Below, in pieces: positions 1 through 11,323 of a stretch of 57,505 nt of DNA. Under the pieces are notes generated by a model. It was not told where the DNA came from. It did not search any database and worked only from the letters and a program-made list of their open reading frames with translations. The position numbers and the translations under genes were made by a program. This DNA is from an uncultured Thiobacillus sp. (GTDB lineage Bacteria > Pseudomonadota > Gammaproteobacteria > Burkholderiales > Thiobacillaceae): positions 1 to 57,505 of the forward strand of contig CAZYEY010000265.1 of assembly GCA_964646585.1 (NCBI GenBank). Direction: 5' to 3'. Within the stretch, counting starts at the first letter, position 1; each line of letters begins with the position of its first letter.

Positions 1-110
1 TTCTAGCCGCCATGACCGACTCCTCTAGGAAGGAAGCATGGTAGCGCCGTCGTTCGGTGTTCGCAGCCTCACAGGTATAATTTGGCCGTTTCAAATATCA
101 GGATCGCGAC

Positions 111-902
111 ATGGGCTTTCTCGCCGGCAAGAAGATTCTCATCACGGGGATGATCAGCAACCGTTCCATCGCTTACGGGGTAGCCAAAGCCTGCCATCGG
201 GAAGGCGCGGAACTGGCCTTCACCTACCAGGGCGAGAAGGTCAGGGATCGGGTGCTGAGCCTGGCCGGAGACTTCTCCGCGAACCCTTCGGTGTTGCCAT
301 GCGATGTGTCCAGCGATGAGGAAATCGACGCTCTGTTCGTGGAACTGGGCAAGCAATGGGATGGTCTGGACGGTCTGCTCCATTCCATCGCTTTCTCCCC
401 AAAGGAAGCCCTGGCCGGCAATTACCAGGACTTCGTGAACCGGGAGAACTTCCGCATCGCCCACGACATCTCCAGCTATTCCTTCACCGCCATGGCCAAG
501 GCGGCCCTGCCCATGATGGAAGGACGGCCCGCATCCCTGCTCACCCTGTCCTACCTGGGCGCTACGCGCTACGTGCCCCACTACAACGTCATGGGCCTGG
601 CCAAGGCCAGCCTGGAGGCCAGCGTCTATTACCTGGCAGCCGGCCTGGGCCCCCAGGGCATCCGTGTCAATGGCCTGTCAGCCGGTCCCATCAAGACCCT
701 GGCCGCCGCTGGCATCGCCGACTTCAACAAACTGCTTTCCTGGGGCGAAAGGCACTCGCCCCTGCGCCGCAACGTGACCATCGAGGAAGTGGGCAACACT
801 GCGGCTTTTCTGCTCTCGGACCTGGCCAGCGGCATCACCGGGGAAATCACCTATGTGGACGCGGGCTTCAACTGCACTGCGGGGTTGGCGGTGGACGACT
901 GA
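111..902 (+). CDS. fabI: enoyl-[acyl-carrier-protein] reductase (NADH) FabI
   Basis: 263-aa ORF. N-terminal [22 protein letters not shown] nucleotide-binding block and full-length FabI-type SDR sequence. Followed by a hairpin terminator. Confidence 0.93.
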   Translation: MGFLAGKKILITGMISNRSIAYGVAKACHREGAELAFTYQGEKVRDRVLSLAGDFSANPSVLPCDVSSDEEIDALFVELGKQWDGLDGLLHSIAFSPKEALAGNYQDFVNRENFRIAHDISSYSFTAMAKAALPMMEGRPASLLTLSYLGATRYVPHYNVMGLAKASLEASVYYLAAGLGPQGIRVNGLSAGPIKTLAAAGIADFNKLLSWGERHSPLRRNVTIEEVGNTAAFLLSDLASGITGEITYVDAGFNCTAGLAVDD

Positions 903-921
903 GCAAATCCTCGCGGCAATG

Positions 922-951
922 AAAAAAGCCGGACTTGGTCCGGCTTTTTTT
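922..951. terminator. bidirectional rho-independent terminator between convergent fabI and ppiD
   Basis: Stem gccggac (928-934) / gtccggc (938-944) with a 3-nt loop. Flanked by an A-run upstream and a T-run downstream, so it reads as hairpin+U-tract on both strands. Confidence 0.8.
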
Positions 952-968
952 GTTGGGCGGTGGAAGAC

Positions 969-2837
969 CTACTCCGCCTTGGGTTCCAGCGCAGAGGGCG
1001 CGATCTTGATTTTGGCCTTGGCCTTGGCGCTCTCCAGGTAGGCACGCATCTCCTCCTGGGCGGTGAGGCGACGCAGATCATTGCGGATCTTGGCCGCCAG
1101 ATCGGGGGCGGGCGCTGCTTCCACCACGCGATTGATGCGGTAGACGCGATAGCCCTCGGTGGACTCGACTCCCACGAAGGTCGGTAGCTTGCCCGCGTCG
1201 GCGCGGAATACCGCCTTGACCGAAGCGGCGGGCACGTTCAGAGCCTGCATGCGGGAAAGGGTCATGGGCGCGGAGAACCCCGCCAGGCTCTGCCCGGCCC
1301 GGGCAGCCTCCAGGGCTTTCTTGCCTGCTTCCATGGCCAGGTTTCGGGCCGCGGTGTTGGTCAGGCGGGCGCGGATTTCGTCGGCCACGTCGGTCAGGGG
1401 TCGCACACCGGCAGGGCGATGGTCGATGACTCGGGCGGATACCAGGGTGTTGGGCGCCACCTCGATGGCCTCGGTGTTCTGGCGCTTGTTGAGGGCATCC
1501 TCCCGGAACAGGGCTTCCAGCAGCTTGGGATTGGCCAGCAGGGCCGGTTCCGCCTTGCCCTTGCCGATCCAGCCACTCTCCGCCACCTTCAGGTTGAACT
1601 CCTTCGCGGCGGGAGCCAGGCTGTCCGGCTGCTCGTAGACCAGGTTGCTGAAACGTTCGGCGGATTCGACGAAGCGTTTCTGGGCTTCCTGCTGCTTCAG
1701 TTCATGGGCAATGTCGGCCTTGACCATGTCGAAACCCAGCTTGGCGCCGGGCACCACGGCATCGAGACGAATGATGTGATAGCCGAATGGACTTTCCACC
1801 AGGCCGCGGATCTCGCCAGGCTTCATGTTCCACACCGCGTCGGCGAAGGGCTTCACCATCATGTCCCGAGTAAAGCTGCCCAAATCCCCCCCCTTGGCGC
1901 CAGAGGCGGGATCCTGGGACTGCTGGCGCGCCATCTCAGCGAACCTGGAAGGCGCCGCCCGGACCTCGGCCAGCAGTTGTTCCGCCTTAGCCTTGGCTGC
2001 CTGACGGGTCTTGGCGTCGGCGCCTTCGTCCACCTTGATCAGGATATGAGCGGCACGACGCTGCTCAGGCTCCTGGTAGCGGCTGGCGTTGGCCTCGTAA
2101 TGCTTGCGGACCTGGTCATCACTGACCTGGACAGCCGCTTCCAAGGCACTCTGGGACAGCACCAGATACTGGACGCGGACCTGGGCAGGGGTGGCATAGT
2201 CATTTTGATGGGCACGGTATTCGGCCTCCACCGCCTTGTCGTCCACCTTCACGTCGCCCAGGAAATGCTTGGCGTCGAAGATGACCTCGTTGACTTCCCG
2301 CTGCTGGCTGAGCAGCGCGGCGAGACGCTCGGCGACAGGCCTGGCGGCCAGGGCACCTTCGCCATAGCCGATCTGGACCTGTTTGAGCAGCAGATCCTGG
2401 CCGATCATGGCCAGCAGTTCGCCCCTGCTCATGTTGCGGTTGCGCAGGAAAGCCTCCAGACGCGCCTCGGAAAACCTGCCGTTCTCCTGGAATATTTCCA
2501 CGCTCCCAAGCACGGCCTGGATCTGGGGCTCCTGCACTGCGAAGCCGGACTTGAGGGCAACTGCGGATAATACCCGGGTATCCACCAGTTGATCCATGAC
2601 CTGCTGACGCAGCACCTTTTCGTCCACCCTGCCGCCTAAGGCTTCTTCCTGCTCCTTGAGGGCCTTGATGAACTCCCGCTGACTGATGTTGGCGCCGTCG
2701 ATCTCGGCCGCTGGCGGTTCCTTGCCCCCCCCGGAGAAGTAGGAGTCAATACCCCAAAGGGCGAAGGGAATGACCAGCAGGCCCAGGATCACCTTGGCAA
2801 TCCAGCCTTGGGCGCGTTCGCGGATGGCTTCTAACAT
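969..2837 (-). CDS. ppiD: periplasmic chaperone / peptidyl-prolyl isomerase PpiD
   Basis: 622-aa ORF. N-terminal membrane anchor (IAKVILGLLVIPFALWG) and parvulin-like block (GDLGSFTRDMMVKPFADAVW...FGYHIIRL). Conserved position downstream of lon-hupB. Confidence 0.88.
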   Translation of the reverse strand: MLEAIRERAQGWIAKVILGLLVIPFALWGIDSYFSGGGKEPPAAEIDGANISQREFIKALKEQEEALGGRVDEKVLRQQVMDQLVDTRVLSAVALKSGFAVQEPQIQAVLGSVEIFQENGRFSEARLEAFLRNRNMSRGELLAMIGQDLLLKQVQIGYGEGALAARPVAERLAALLSQQREVNEVIFDAKHFLGDVKVDDKAVEAEYRAHQNDYATPAQVRVQYLVLSQSALEAAVQVSDDQVRKHYEANASRYQEPEQRRAAHILIKVDEGADAKTRQAAKAKAEQLLAEVRAAPSRFAEMARQQSQDPASGAKGGDLGSFTRDMMVKPFADAVWNMKPGEIRGLVESPFGYHIIRLDAVVPGAKLGFDMVKADIAHELKQQEAQKRFVESAERFSNLVYEQPDSLAPAAKEFNLKVAESGWIGKGKAEPALLANPKLLEALFREDALNKRQNTEAIEVAPNTLVSARVIDHRPAGVRPLTDVADEIRARLTNTAARNLAMEAGKKALEAARAGQSLAGFSAPMTLSRMQALNVPAASVKAVFRADAGKLPTFVGVESTEGYRVYRINRVVEAAPAPDLAAKIRNDLRRLTAQEEMRAYLESAKAKAKIKIAPSALEPKAE

Positions 2838-2876
2838 GGTTTCGCAATCACTCGTTCAAATGCAACCGGCAGGAAC

Positions 2877-2902
2877 AAAAAAAAAGGCGAACTCGCGTTC
2901 GC
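2877..2902 (-). terminator. rho-independent terminator after tRNA-Asp
   Basis: Stem ggcgaac (2885-2891) / gttcgcc (2896-2902). The plus-strand A-run 2877-2884 becomes a U-tract after the hairpin on the minus strand. Confidence 0.7.
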
Positions 2903-2912
2903 CTTTGAGGTG

Positions 2913-2989
2913 TTGGCGGAGTGGACGGGACTCGAACCCGCGACCCCCGGCGTGACAGGCCGGTATTCTAACCGACTGAACTACCACTC
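2913..2989 (-). tRNA. tRNA-Asp (anticodon GTC)
   Basis: Reverse complement reads ggagtggtagttcagtcggttagaataccggcctGTCacgccgggggtcgcgggttcgagtcccgtccactccgcca. Near-identical to canonical bacterial tRNA-Asp, folds as a cloverleaf, CCA encoded. Confidence 0.97.
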
Positions 2990-3023
2990 CTTTTTACTTC
3001 TGACTACAAACTGCAAATTCTGC

Positions 3024-3099
3024 TGGTGGGTGCTGACGGGGTCGAACCGCCGACATTCGCCTTGTAAGGGCGACGCTCTACCAGCTGAGCTAAGCACCC
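3024..3099 (-). tRNA. tRNA-Val (anticodon TAC)
   Basis: Reverse complement reads gggtgcttagctcagctggtagagcgtcgcccttTACaaggcgaatgtcggcggttcgaccccgtcagcacccacca. Cloverleaf checked by hand, CCA encoded. Confidence 0.97.
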
Positions 3100-3112
3100 G
3101 TCAGAAAGACCG

Positions 3113-3385
3113 CTAGTTTACAGCGTCTTTCAGCGCTTTGCCAGCACGGAATTTCGGAACTTTCGCGGCCTTGATCTTGATGGTGGCGCCAGTGCGGGGA
3201 TTGCGGCCGGCACGGGCGGCGCGCTTGCCCACGTAAAAGGAGCCGAACCCCACCAGAGTGACCATCTCACCTTTCTTCAAGGCCTTTTTCACTGCTTCCA
3301 TGGCGCCATCGAGGGCTCGGCCAGCGGCCGCCTTGGAGATATCTGCGGAAACGGCAATGGCGTCGATCAGTTCAGATTTGTTCAC
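3113..3385 (-). CDS. hupB: DNA-binding protein HU-beta
   Basis: 90-aa [14 protein letters not shown]...GFGSF...RNPRTG...[13 protein letters not shown], a full-length HU family match. Conserved position after lon. Confidence 0.95.
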   Translation of the reverse strand: MNKSELIDAIAVSADISKAAAGRALDGAMEAVKKALKKGEMVTLVGFGSFYVGKRAARAGRNPRTGATIKIKAAKVPKFRAGKALKDAVN

Positions 3386-3489
3386 GAAATCCCCCTTTCA
3401 GTGGATGATGGCGTGCAGAGGAAGCCTGCGCGGGTTTTATAGCAACCGGCAAAATGAGGTGTCAAGCGGTTTCCCGCGAGAACCCCGCG

Positions 3490-5901
3490 TCAGTGCTTGA
3501 TTACAGCGGGGTTCTCGCTCGCGGGCGGCACCGGTGCTGGAGTTTCGGGGGCAGCTTCTTCGGAAAGAGGCTCCGGAGAGCGCTCCAAGGCCGCCTCCAG
3601 AACCTGCTCGATCCATTTTACGGGCTGGATTTCCAGACGGTTCTTGATGTTGTCCGGAATCTCCGCCAAATCCTTCACATTGCCCTCCGGGATCAGCACC
3701 TTCTTGATGCCGCCACGATGGGCGGCCAGCAACTTCTCCTTGAGGCCGCCGATGGGCAGTACTTCGCCGCGCAGGGTGATCTCGCCAGTCATGGCCACGT
3801 CGCAGCGCACAGGAATGCCGGCGAACACAGACACCATGGCGGTCGTGATGGCGATGCCTGCCGAGGGACCATCCTTGGGCGTGGCACCTTCGGGCAGGTG
3901 GATGTGCATGTCGTTCTTCTCGAAGGCCTCGGCGGGAATGCCCAGCCCCTTGGCCCGGCTGCGCACCACGGTGCGGGCTGCCTCAATGGATTCCTTCATC
4001 ACGTCGCCCAACTGGCCAGTACGGGTGATGTTGCCCTTGCCGGGCATGAGGGAGGCCTCGATGGTGAGCAGCTCGCCGCCCACCTCGGTCCAGGCCAGGC
4101 CGGTGACCTGGCCGACCTGGTTGACCTTCTCGGCCATGCCGTAGGTGTAACGGCGCACGCCCAGGTACTTGTCCAGATTCTTGGAGGAGACACTGATCTT
4201 GCCCTTGGCCTTCTTCAGGGTCTGGGCGGTGACCGCCTTGCGGCAGATCTTGGAGATTTCCCGCTCCAGGCCGCGCACGCCCGATTCCCGGGTGTAGTAG
4301 CGGACGATGTCACGCAGGGCGCTCTCCGCCACGTGCAGTTCCGTGTCCTTGAGACCATTGTTCTTCATCTGCTTGGGCAGCAGATAGCGCTGGGCGATGT
4401 TGATCTTCTCGTCCTCGGTGTAACCGGACAGGCGGATCACCTCCATGCGATCCAGCAAAGGCGCGGGGATGTTGAGGGAGTTGGCGGTGGCCACGAACAT
4501 CACGTCGGACAGGTCGTAGTCCACCTCCACATAGTGGTCCTGGAAGGTGTGATTCTGTTCCGGATCCAAGACTTCCAGCAGGGCGGAAGACGGATCGCCG
4601 CGGAAGTCCTGGCCCATCTTGTCCACTTCGTCCAGCAGGAACAGGGGGTTGCGCACCCCCACCTTGGTCAGGCTTTGCAGGATCTTACCGGGCATGGAGC
4701 CAATGTAGGTGCGCCGGTGGCCACGGATCTCGGCCTCGTCCCGCACGCCTCCCAGGGCCATGCGCACGAACTTGCGGTTGGTGGCCCGGGCGATGGACTG
4801 GCCCAGGGAGGTCTTGCCCACCCCGGGGGGGCCCACCAGGCAGAGGATGGGGGCCTTGAGCTTGTCCACCCGCTGTTGCACGGCCAGATATTCGACAATG
4901 CGCTCCTTGACCTTCTCCAGACCGTAATGATCGGCGTCCAGCACCTCCTGGGCGTTGTCCAGGCTCTTGCTGATCTTGGTCTTTTTCTTCCAGGGCAGGT
5001 TGATGAGGGTCTCGATGTAGGTGCGCACCACGGTGGCTTCCGCCGACATGGGAGACATCATCTTGAGCTTCTTCAGTTCCGCCTCGGCCTTCTTGGTGGC
5101 CTCCTTGGACATGTGGGCGGCCTTGATGCGCTTGTCCAACTCGTCCAGATCCTGGCTTTCATCCACGTCTCCCAGTTCCTTCTGGATGGCCTTGACCTGC
5201 TCGTTCAGGTAGTACTCCCGCTGGCTCTTCTCCATCTGCCGCTTGACCCGGCCGCGGATGCGCTTCTCCACCTGCAGGATGTCGATCTCGGTTTCCATGA
5301 AGCCCATCAGGTGGTCCAGGCGGGCCTTCAGGTCGGCCATCTCCAGGATGGCCTGCTTCTGCTCCAGCTTGAGAGGCAGGTGGGCGGCGATGGTGTCGGT
5401 CAGCCGGCCGGCGTCGTCGATGCCGGCCAGGGAGGCGAGAATCTCGGGCGGGATCTTCTTGTTCAGCTTGACGTAGTTGTCGAACTGGGCCAGCAGGGCG
5501 CGACGCATGGCCTCGATCTCGGAATCCTCGGCACCCGTCTCGGGGAGGGGAAGACCCCGGGCCAGGAAATGGGAGCCTTCGTCGACAAACTCCTCCACCC
5601 GGACCCGCTGGTTGCCTTCCACCAGCACTTTCACGGTGCCGTCTGGCAGCTTCAGCATCTGCAGGATGCTGGCGATGGCGCCGATCTCGTAGAGATCCTC
5701 AAAGGTGGGCTCGTCCTTGGCCGCCGACTTCTGGGCCACCAGCATGATGTGCTTGCCCGCATCCATGGCGGTTTCCAGGGCCTTGATGGATTTGGGCCTT
5801 CCTACGAACAGGGGGATGACCATGTGGGGAAACACCACCACGTCGCGCAGGGGCAGTAGCGGCAGGGTAATGGCTTCGGTGAATTGGGTGATCTGGCTCA
5901 T
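3490..5901 (-). CDS. lon: ATP-dependent Lon protease
   Basis: ORF 3490..6051 trimmed to the ATG at 5901 (MSQITQFTEAITLPLLPLRDVVVFPHM), which is preceded by GGAGA. Walker A GPPGVGKTS and protease serine block PKDGPSAG are present. Confidence 0.95.
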   Translation of the reverse strand: MSQITQFTEAITLPLLPLRDVVVFPHMVIPLFVGRPKSIKALETAMDAGKHIMLVAQKSAAKDEPTFEDLYEIGAIASILQMLKLPDGTVKVLVEGNQRVRVEEFVDEGSHFLARGLPLPETGAEDSEIEAMRRALLAQFDNYVKLNKKIPPEILASLAGIDDAGRLTDTIAAHLPLKLEQKQAILEMADLKARLDHLMGFMETEIDILQVEKRIRGRVKRQMEKSQREYYLNEQVKAIQKELGDVDESQDLDELDKRIKAAHMSKEATKKAEAELKKLKMMSPMSAEATVVRTYIETLINLPWKKKTKISKSLDNAQEVLDADHYGLEKVKERIVEYLAVQQRVDKLKAPILCLVGPPGVGKTSLGQSIARATNRKFVRMALGGVRDEAEIRGHRRTYIGSMPGKILQSLTKVGVRNPLFLLDEVDKMGQDFRGDPSSALLEVLDPEQNHTFQDHYVEVDYDLSDVMFVATANSLNIPAPLLDRMEVIRLSGYTEDEKINIAQRYLLPKQMKNNGLKDTELHVAESALRDIVRYYTRESGVRGLEREISKICRKAVTAQTLKKAKGKISVSSKNLDKYLGVRRYTYGMAEKVNQVGQVTGLAWTEVGGELLTIEASLMPGKGNITRTGQLGDVMKESIEAARTVVRSRAKGLGIPAEAFEKNDMHIHLPEGATPKDGPSAGIAITTAMVSVFAGIPVRCDVAMTGEITLRGEVLPIGGLKEKLLAAHRGGIKKVLIPEGNVKDLAEIPDNIKNRLEIQPVKWIEQVLEAALERSPEPLSEEAAPETPAPVPPASENPAVIKH

Positions 5902-5940
5902 GCGGTTCTCCGGCGGTCTGCCCGCCCATCGGTTGGAGCT

Positions 5941-5967
5941 AGATGACACCGCCAGGCGGGATTTCAA
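5941..5967 (-). promoter_or_regulatory. possible sigma-32 type promoter upstream of lon
   Basis: Minus strand reads gggTTGAAAt-cccgcctggcggtgt-CATCTa. The -35 element is perfect. The -10 only partly matches CCCCATnT. By-eye call. Confidence 0.3.
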
Positions 5968-5987
5968 CCCGGCGGGGCAAAGGATTT

Positions 5988-7250
5988 TCAGCCGGCGGCC
6001 TTGGCCTGCTCGGCGTAGAGCAGCAGCGGCTTGGATTCGCCGCTGACACATTTCTCGTCCACCACCACCTTGGCCACGTCCTTCATGCCCGGGAGTTCGT
6101 ACATGATGTCCAGCAAGGCGTGCTCGATGATGGAACGCAGGCCCCGGGCACCGGTCTTGCGCTTGAGCGCCCGCTTGGCGATGGCGCTAAGGGCCTCTTC
6201 ACGGAACTCCAGCTCGGCACCTTCCATCTTGAACAGCTTCTGGAACTGCTTGACCAAGGCGTTCTTGGGCTCGGTGAGGATCTTGACCAAGGCCTTCTCG
6301 TCCAGTTCCTCCAAGGTGGCAATGACCGGAAGGCGGCCGACAAACTCGGGAATGAGGCCGTATTTGATCAGATCTTCCGGCTCCACCATCTTGAAGATTT
6401 CGCCCACGTCCTTGCTGTTGTCCTTGGACTTCACCTCGGCGCCGAAGCCGATGCCGGATTTCTCGGTGCGGTTGCGGATCACCCGCTCCAGGCCGCTGAA
6501 GGCGCCGCCCACGATGAACAGGATGTTGGTGGTATCCACCTGGATGTATTCCTGGTTGGGGTGTTTGCGCCCGCCCTGGGGGGGAATGGAGGCCACCGTG
6601 CCCTCGATCAGCTTCAGCAGGGCCTGCTGCACGCCTTCGCCGGACACGTCCCGGGTGATGGAGGGGTTGTCCGACTTGCGCGAGATCTTGTCGATCTCGT
6701 CGATGTAGACGATGCCGTTCTTGGCCTTCTCCACGTCGTAGTCGCACTTCTGCAACAATTTCTGGATGATGTTCTCCACGTCCTCGCCTACGTAGCCGGC
6801 TTCGGTGAGGGTGGTGGCGTCGGAGATCACGAAGGGCACGTTGAGCAGGCGGGCCAAGGTCTGGGCCAGCAGGGTCTTGCCGGAACCGGTGGGGCCGATG
6901 AGCAGGATGTTGCTCTTGGCCAGCTCGACTTCGTCCTCCTTGTTGCCGCCCGGATTGCGCAGGCGCTTGTAGTGGTTGTATACCGCCACCGACAGGGCCT
7001 TCTTGGCCAGGGATTGGCCGATGACGTACTGGTCCAGGACCGCGCTGATCTCCTGGGGCGTGGGCAGCTTGTCGCCGGCTTCCTTTTCCGGGTCCTTGCC
7101 CACGTCCTCGCGGATGATGTCGATGCACAGATCCACGCACTCGTCGCAGATGAACACCGACGGGCCGGCGATGAGCTTGCGCACCTCGTGCTGGCTCTTG
7201 CCGCAGAAGGAGCAGTAAAGAAGTTTGTCGTCGCCTTGTTTGTCCGCCAT
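5988..7250 (-). CDS. clpX: ATP-dependent Clp protease ATP-binding subunit ClpX
   Basis: ORF trimmed to the ATG at 7250 ([23 protein letters not shown]). Zn-finger CSFCGK...CDEC and Walker A GPTGSGKT are present. Confidence 0.96.
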   Translation of the reverse strand: MADKQGDDKLLYCSFCGKSQHEVRKLIAGPSVFICDECVDLCIDIIREDVGKDPEKEAGDKLPTPQEISAVLDQYVIGQSLAKKALSVAVYNHYKRLRNPGGNKEDEVELAKSNILLIGPTGSGKTLLAQTLARLLNVPFVISDATTLTEAGYVGEDVENIIQKLLQKCDYDVEKAKNGIVYIDEIDKISRKSDNPSITRDVSGEGVQQALLKLIEGTVASIPPQGGRKHPNQEYIQVDTTNILFIVGGAFSGLERVIRNRTEKSGIGFGAEVKSKDNSKDVGEIFKMVEPEDLIKYGLIPEFVGRLPVIATLEELDEKALVKILTEPKNALVKQFQKLFKMEGAELEFREEALSAIAKRALKRKTGARGLRSIIEHALLDIMYELPGMKDVAKVVVDEKCVSGESKPLLLYAEQAKAAG

Positions 7251-7291
7251 GGTCGCCGTCCTGTGAAAATACCCGATCAATTAACTCAAGT

Positions 7292-7914
<623 letters not shown>

Positions 7915-7915
<1 letters not shown>

Positions 7916-9201
7916 CAGGCGTTCCCCATCAGTTTCTCAAGGGTGGTAGGTTCATCGGTGACCTGGGCCCGTTCCAGCACCCAGTTGACCACGTTCTCTT
8001 CGAGGGCCAGGCCCCGGGCCTCGTTGAGGCGGGAGCGGTCTTGATAGTACCAGTCCACCACCTCGGCCGGGTCTTCGTAACTTTGGGCGAACTCATCCAC
8101 CATGGCGCGAACCTGTTCCTCGCTGGCGGTGATCTTGTGTTCCTTGATCAAGGCATCCAGCAGCAGGCCCAGCGCTACCCGGCGCTTGGCCTGGGCCTCG
8201 AAGATATCGTCGCCAAGCTTGATGTCCTGGTCCTTCAGGCCCCGGGCCTTCAGGTCGCTGACGGCTTTTTCCCGCAGGGCCTGGCGTTCCATGGCCACCA
8301 GGCTGCCGGGCACGTCGAAAGAGGTGATTTCCAACAGGCCGTTCATCACCTGCTCCTTGACCTTGGAGAGCACCCGGCGCTTGGCTTCCCGCATCAGATT
8401 GCTACGGATCTCCTCGCGCAGCTTGGCCACACCGCCCTCATGGATGCCCAGGCTCTGGGCCATTGCATCGTCCACTTCCGGCAGCACCGGCTCATGCACC
8501 GACTTGACGGTGGCCTCGAAAGTGGCGGTCTTGCCCGCCAATTCCTTGGCGAAGTAGTCGGCGGGGAAAGCCACGTCGAAGGTTTTGTCGTCGCCCGCCT
8601 TCATGCCCTTCAGACTACCCTCGAAGTCCTTGAGGGTGCGGCCTTCGCCCAGGATGACAGGGAAGTCCTTGGCCTCGCCGCCGGGGAAGGGCTGGCCATC
8701 GATCTTGCCAAGATAGTCCACGTGGACCCGGTCGCCATCCCTGGCTTCCCGCTCCACCGCGTGGTACTGAATCCGCTGCTTGCGCAACACCTCCAGGGTG
8801 CGGTCCACATCAGCGTCGTTCACCTCCACCACCGGCCGGCTCACCTTGATCTGGCCCACATCGCCCAGCTTGATCTCGGGAAACACCTCGAAGGTGGCGA
8901 CGAAGGCGCCGTTCTCGCCGGGGGCGAAGCGGGGGTAACCGGCCACCGCGATCTGGTTGGCCTGCACAGCCTCGCCGAACTGCTTCTGCAGGGCGTCGCC
9001 CATCACCTCGCCACGGATCTCGCTGCCGTAGCGGGCTGCCACCATCTTCATGGGCGCCTTTCCGGGACGGAAGCCGTCCATGCGTACGTTGCGGGCGACC
9101 TGCGCCAGACGCTTGCGGACTTCCGCCTCCACCTCCTCGGTGTTGAGGGTGAGGGTGACACGGCGGTTGAGGCCTTCCAGGGTTTCCACGGTTGCAGTCA
9201 T
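7915..9201 (-). CDS. tig: trigger factor
   Basis: 428-aa ORF with a full-length trigger-factor pattern (N-terminal ribosome-binding domain, central FKBP-like region). Sits upstream of clpP-clpX-lon. Confidence 0.94.
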
Positions 9202-9348
9202 AAGGTTTTCCTTGAACGATCAATATTCATGCCAGTTACACAAGTCGCCGGGTCGCAATCAAATCAACGGCCTTCGCTCACCGCGTGTAGGCGCGCTTTG
9301 TTGGAAAGGCGCCAAACAGGGCCAGGATGGCTCCAATGCGACCCGGGT

Positions 9349-9432
9349 TGGTGCGAAAGGGGGGACTCGAACCCCCACGCCAAAGGCGCTGGAACCTAAA
9401 TCCAGTGCGTCTACCAATTCCGCCACTTTCGC
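9349..9432 (-). tRNA. tRNA-Leu (anticodon TAG)
   Basis: Reverse complement reads gcgaaagtggcggaattggtagacgcactggattTAGgttccagcgcctttggcgtgggggttcgagtcccccctttcgcacca. Long variable arm, 7-bp acceptor stem, CCA encoded. Confidence 0.95.
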
Positions 9433-9518
9433 GAAAACGTCCAAGTGTAAACTACCCGACCCGCTGCCGCCAGCCGACAACCCCTCCACAAAGATCGTAA
9501 CTCATTGTTTTAATTGAA

Positions 9519-10406
9519 ATGAACACACTCTATCGGGCCAACCCGCTGAATGCCGGCCACTACGAGAACTTCCCTGTGGCCTCGGTCTTCCTGCCTGCCC
9601 GACTGCGTCCGGCGGTACGGGCCATATACGCCTTCGCCAGGACCGCCGATGACTTCGCCGACGAGGGAGATCACACGGCTGAATGGCGCCTGGCCCGGCT
9701 GGCGGAATACCACGCCCACCTCCACGCCCTGGAACGGGGCGAGGCGGTGGATCATCCCGTCTTCCAGACCCTCGCGCCCCATATCCGGGCCCACGACCTG
9801 CCCTATTCCCTCTTCCATGACCTGCTCTCGGCTTTCGAACAGGATTGCACCAAGACCCGCTACGCCCACTTCGGCGAGGTGATGGACTATTGCCGCCGCT
9901 CCGCCAATCCCATCGGACGCCTGCTGCTGAAGCTCTATCACGACGACGATGCCAAGCATCAAGCCTGGTCCGACGGCATCTGCTCCGCCCTGCAACTCAT
10001 CAATTTCCTCCAGGACGTGGCGCTGGATTACCGCAAGGGCCGCATCTACCTGCCCCAGGACGAGATGGCCAAGTTCGGCATCAGCGAGGACCAGATCGCC
10101 GAGGGCCGGGTGGATGCCCTCTGGCAGCAATTCATGAAGGGGCAGATCGAGCGGGCCCGGCGCATGCTCCAGGCCGGTGCTCCCCTGGGTCGGGCCCTGA
10201 AGGGCCGTATCGGCCTGGAGATGCGGCTCATCATCCTGGGCGGCGAGCGCATCCTGTATCAATTGCATGAAAGCCGGGGGGACATGTTCCACCACCGCCC
10301 CAGGCTGGGCTGGAAGGATGCCGCCTACATGCTCCGGCGTGGGCTGTTCCCGGGCCGCGCCGGATCCGGACAGGCGGCCAACTGCGGCGGCAGTTGTGGC
10401 CACTGA
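9519..10406 (+). CDS. hpnC: hydroxysqualene synthase HpnC (squalene/phytoene synthase family)
   Basis: 295-aa ORF with HYENFPVASVFLPARLRPAVRAIYAFARTADDFADEG, the hallmark HpnC N-terminus and Asp-rich motif. Confidence 0.88.
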   Translation: MNTLYRANPLNAGHYENFPVASVFLPARLRPAVRAIYAFARTADDFADEGDHTAEWRLARLAEYHAHLHALERGEAVDHPVFQTLAPHIRAHDLPYSLFHDLLSAFEQDCTKTRYAHFGEVMDYCRRSANPIGRLLLKLYHDDDAKHQAWSDGICSALQLINFLQDVALDYRKGRIYLPQDEMAKFGISEDQIAEGRVDALWQQFMKGQIERARRMLQAGAPLGRALKGRIGLEMRLIILGGERILYQLHESRGDMFHHRPRLGWKDAAYMLRRGLFPGRAGSGQAANCGGSCGH

Positions 10407-10489
10407 AATGAAACACCCCCCTTGCCCCCATGGCTCGGCCTCCCCCAAGGGAGGGATCGGCACCTGCGCCAGGGCCGCGCGCAACTGAC

Positions 10490-11323
10490 ATGGACCCTCA
10501 CGCCTACTGCCAGGAAAAAGCCGCCGCCAGTGGCTCCAGCTTCTATTACAGCTTCCGCTTCCTGCCCGAGGACCGGCGCCGGGCCATCCACGCCTTCTAT
10601 GCCTTCTGCCGGGAGGTGGACGACGTGGCCGACGAATGCCGCGACCCCACCCTGGCCCGGACCAAGCTGGCCTGGTGGCGGGACGAGGTGGCGCGTCTCT
10701 ATGCGGGGCGGCCCGAGCATCCGGTGACCCGGGCCCTGGCCGAGGTCATCGGCCCGTTCCATCTGCCCGAGGACGTTTTCAGCCAGATCATCGATGGCAT
10801 GGAAATGGACCTGGGCCAGGTGCGCTATCCCGACTTCAAAGCCCTGCGCCTCTATTGCCACAGAGTCGCCGGCGTGGTGGGGGAGGCGGCGGCCCTGATC
10901 TTCGGCGTCAGCGACCGGGCCACCCTCAAATACGCCAACCGGCTGGGGCTGGCCTTCCAGCTCACCAACATCATCCGCGACGTGGGAGAAGATGCCCGCC
11001 GGGGTCGCATCTACCTGCCCCAGGACGAACTGGCGGCCCATGGCGTGAGCGAAGCCGACATCCTTGCCGCCCGCATGAGCGAGCCCTTTGTCCGCCTCAT
11101 GGAATTCCAATACCAGCGGGCCATGAAGACCTACGAGGAAGCCTTCGCCCTGCTTCCCGCCGCGGACCGGGCCGCCCAGCGGCCGGGCCTCATCATGGCC
11201 GCCATCTACCATGCCTTGCTGGAGGAGATTCGCGCCGACGGCTTCCAGGTATTGGACCGACGCACTTCCCTGACGCCCCTGCGCAAGGTCTGGATCGCCT
11301 GGCGGGCCTGGATGACCGGATGA
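10490..11323 (+). CDS. hpnD: presqualene diphosphate synthase HpnD
   Basis: ORF 10430.. trimmed to the ATG at 10490 (MDPHAYCQEKAAASGSSFYYSFRFLPEDRRRAIHAFYAFCREVDDVADE). The second Asp-rich region is in NIIRDVGEDARRGRIYLP. Confidence 0.88.
   Translation: MDPHAYCQEKAAASGSSFYYSFRFLPEDRRRAIHAFYAFCREVDDVADECRDPTLARTKLAWWRDEVARLYAGRPEHPVTRALAEVIGPFHLPEDVFSQIIDGMEMDLGQVRYPDFKALRLYCHRVAGVVGEAAALIFGVSDRATLKYANRLGLAFQLTNIIRDVGEDARRGRIYLPQDELAAHGVSEADILAARMSEPFVRLMEFQYQRAMKTYEEAFALLPAADRAAQRPGLIMAAIYHALLEEIRADGFQVLDRRTSLTPLRKVWIAWRAWMTG

Noticed and set aside
2910-3116. 68-aa plus-strand ORF.
   Set aside because: It lies entirely over the two tRNA genes on the opposite strand and is an artefact.
3454-5859. 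801-aa plus-strand ORF antisense to lon. Similar very long antisense ORFs occur at 5943..7340, 8041..9399, 23009..25588, 26204..27394, 47409..49571 and 53521..56493.
   Set aside because: Their translations are low-complexity and rich in G/A/V/L/H/Q/D, with no recognisable motifs. Each lies exactly opposite a gene with strong, full-length family identity. Long stop-free antisense frames are expected in high-GC DNA.
9202-9518. tRNA-Leu as an integration hot-spot, with the hpn cluster as a genomic island.
   Set aside because: There is no integrase, no direct repeat of the tRNA 3' end, and no mobility genes. The hpn genes lie on the 5' side of the tRNA, not at its 3' end.
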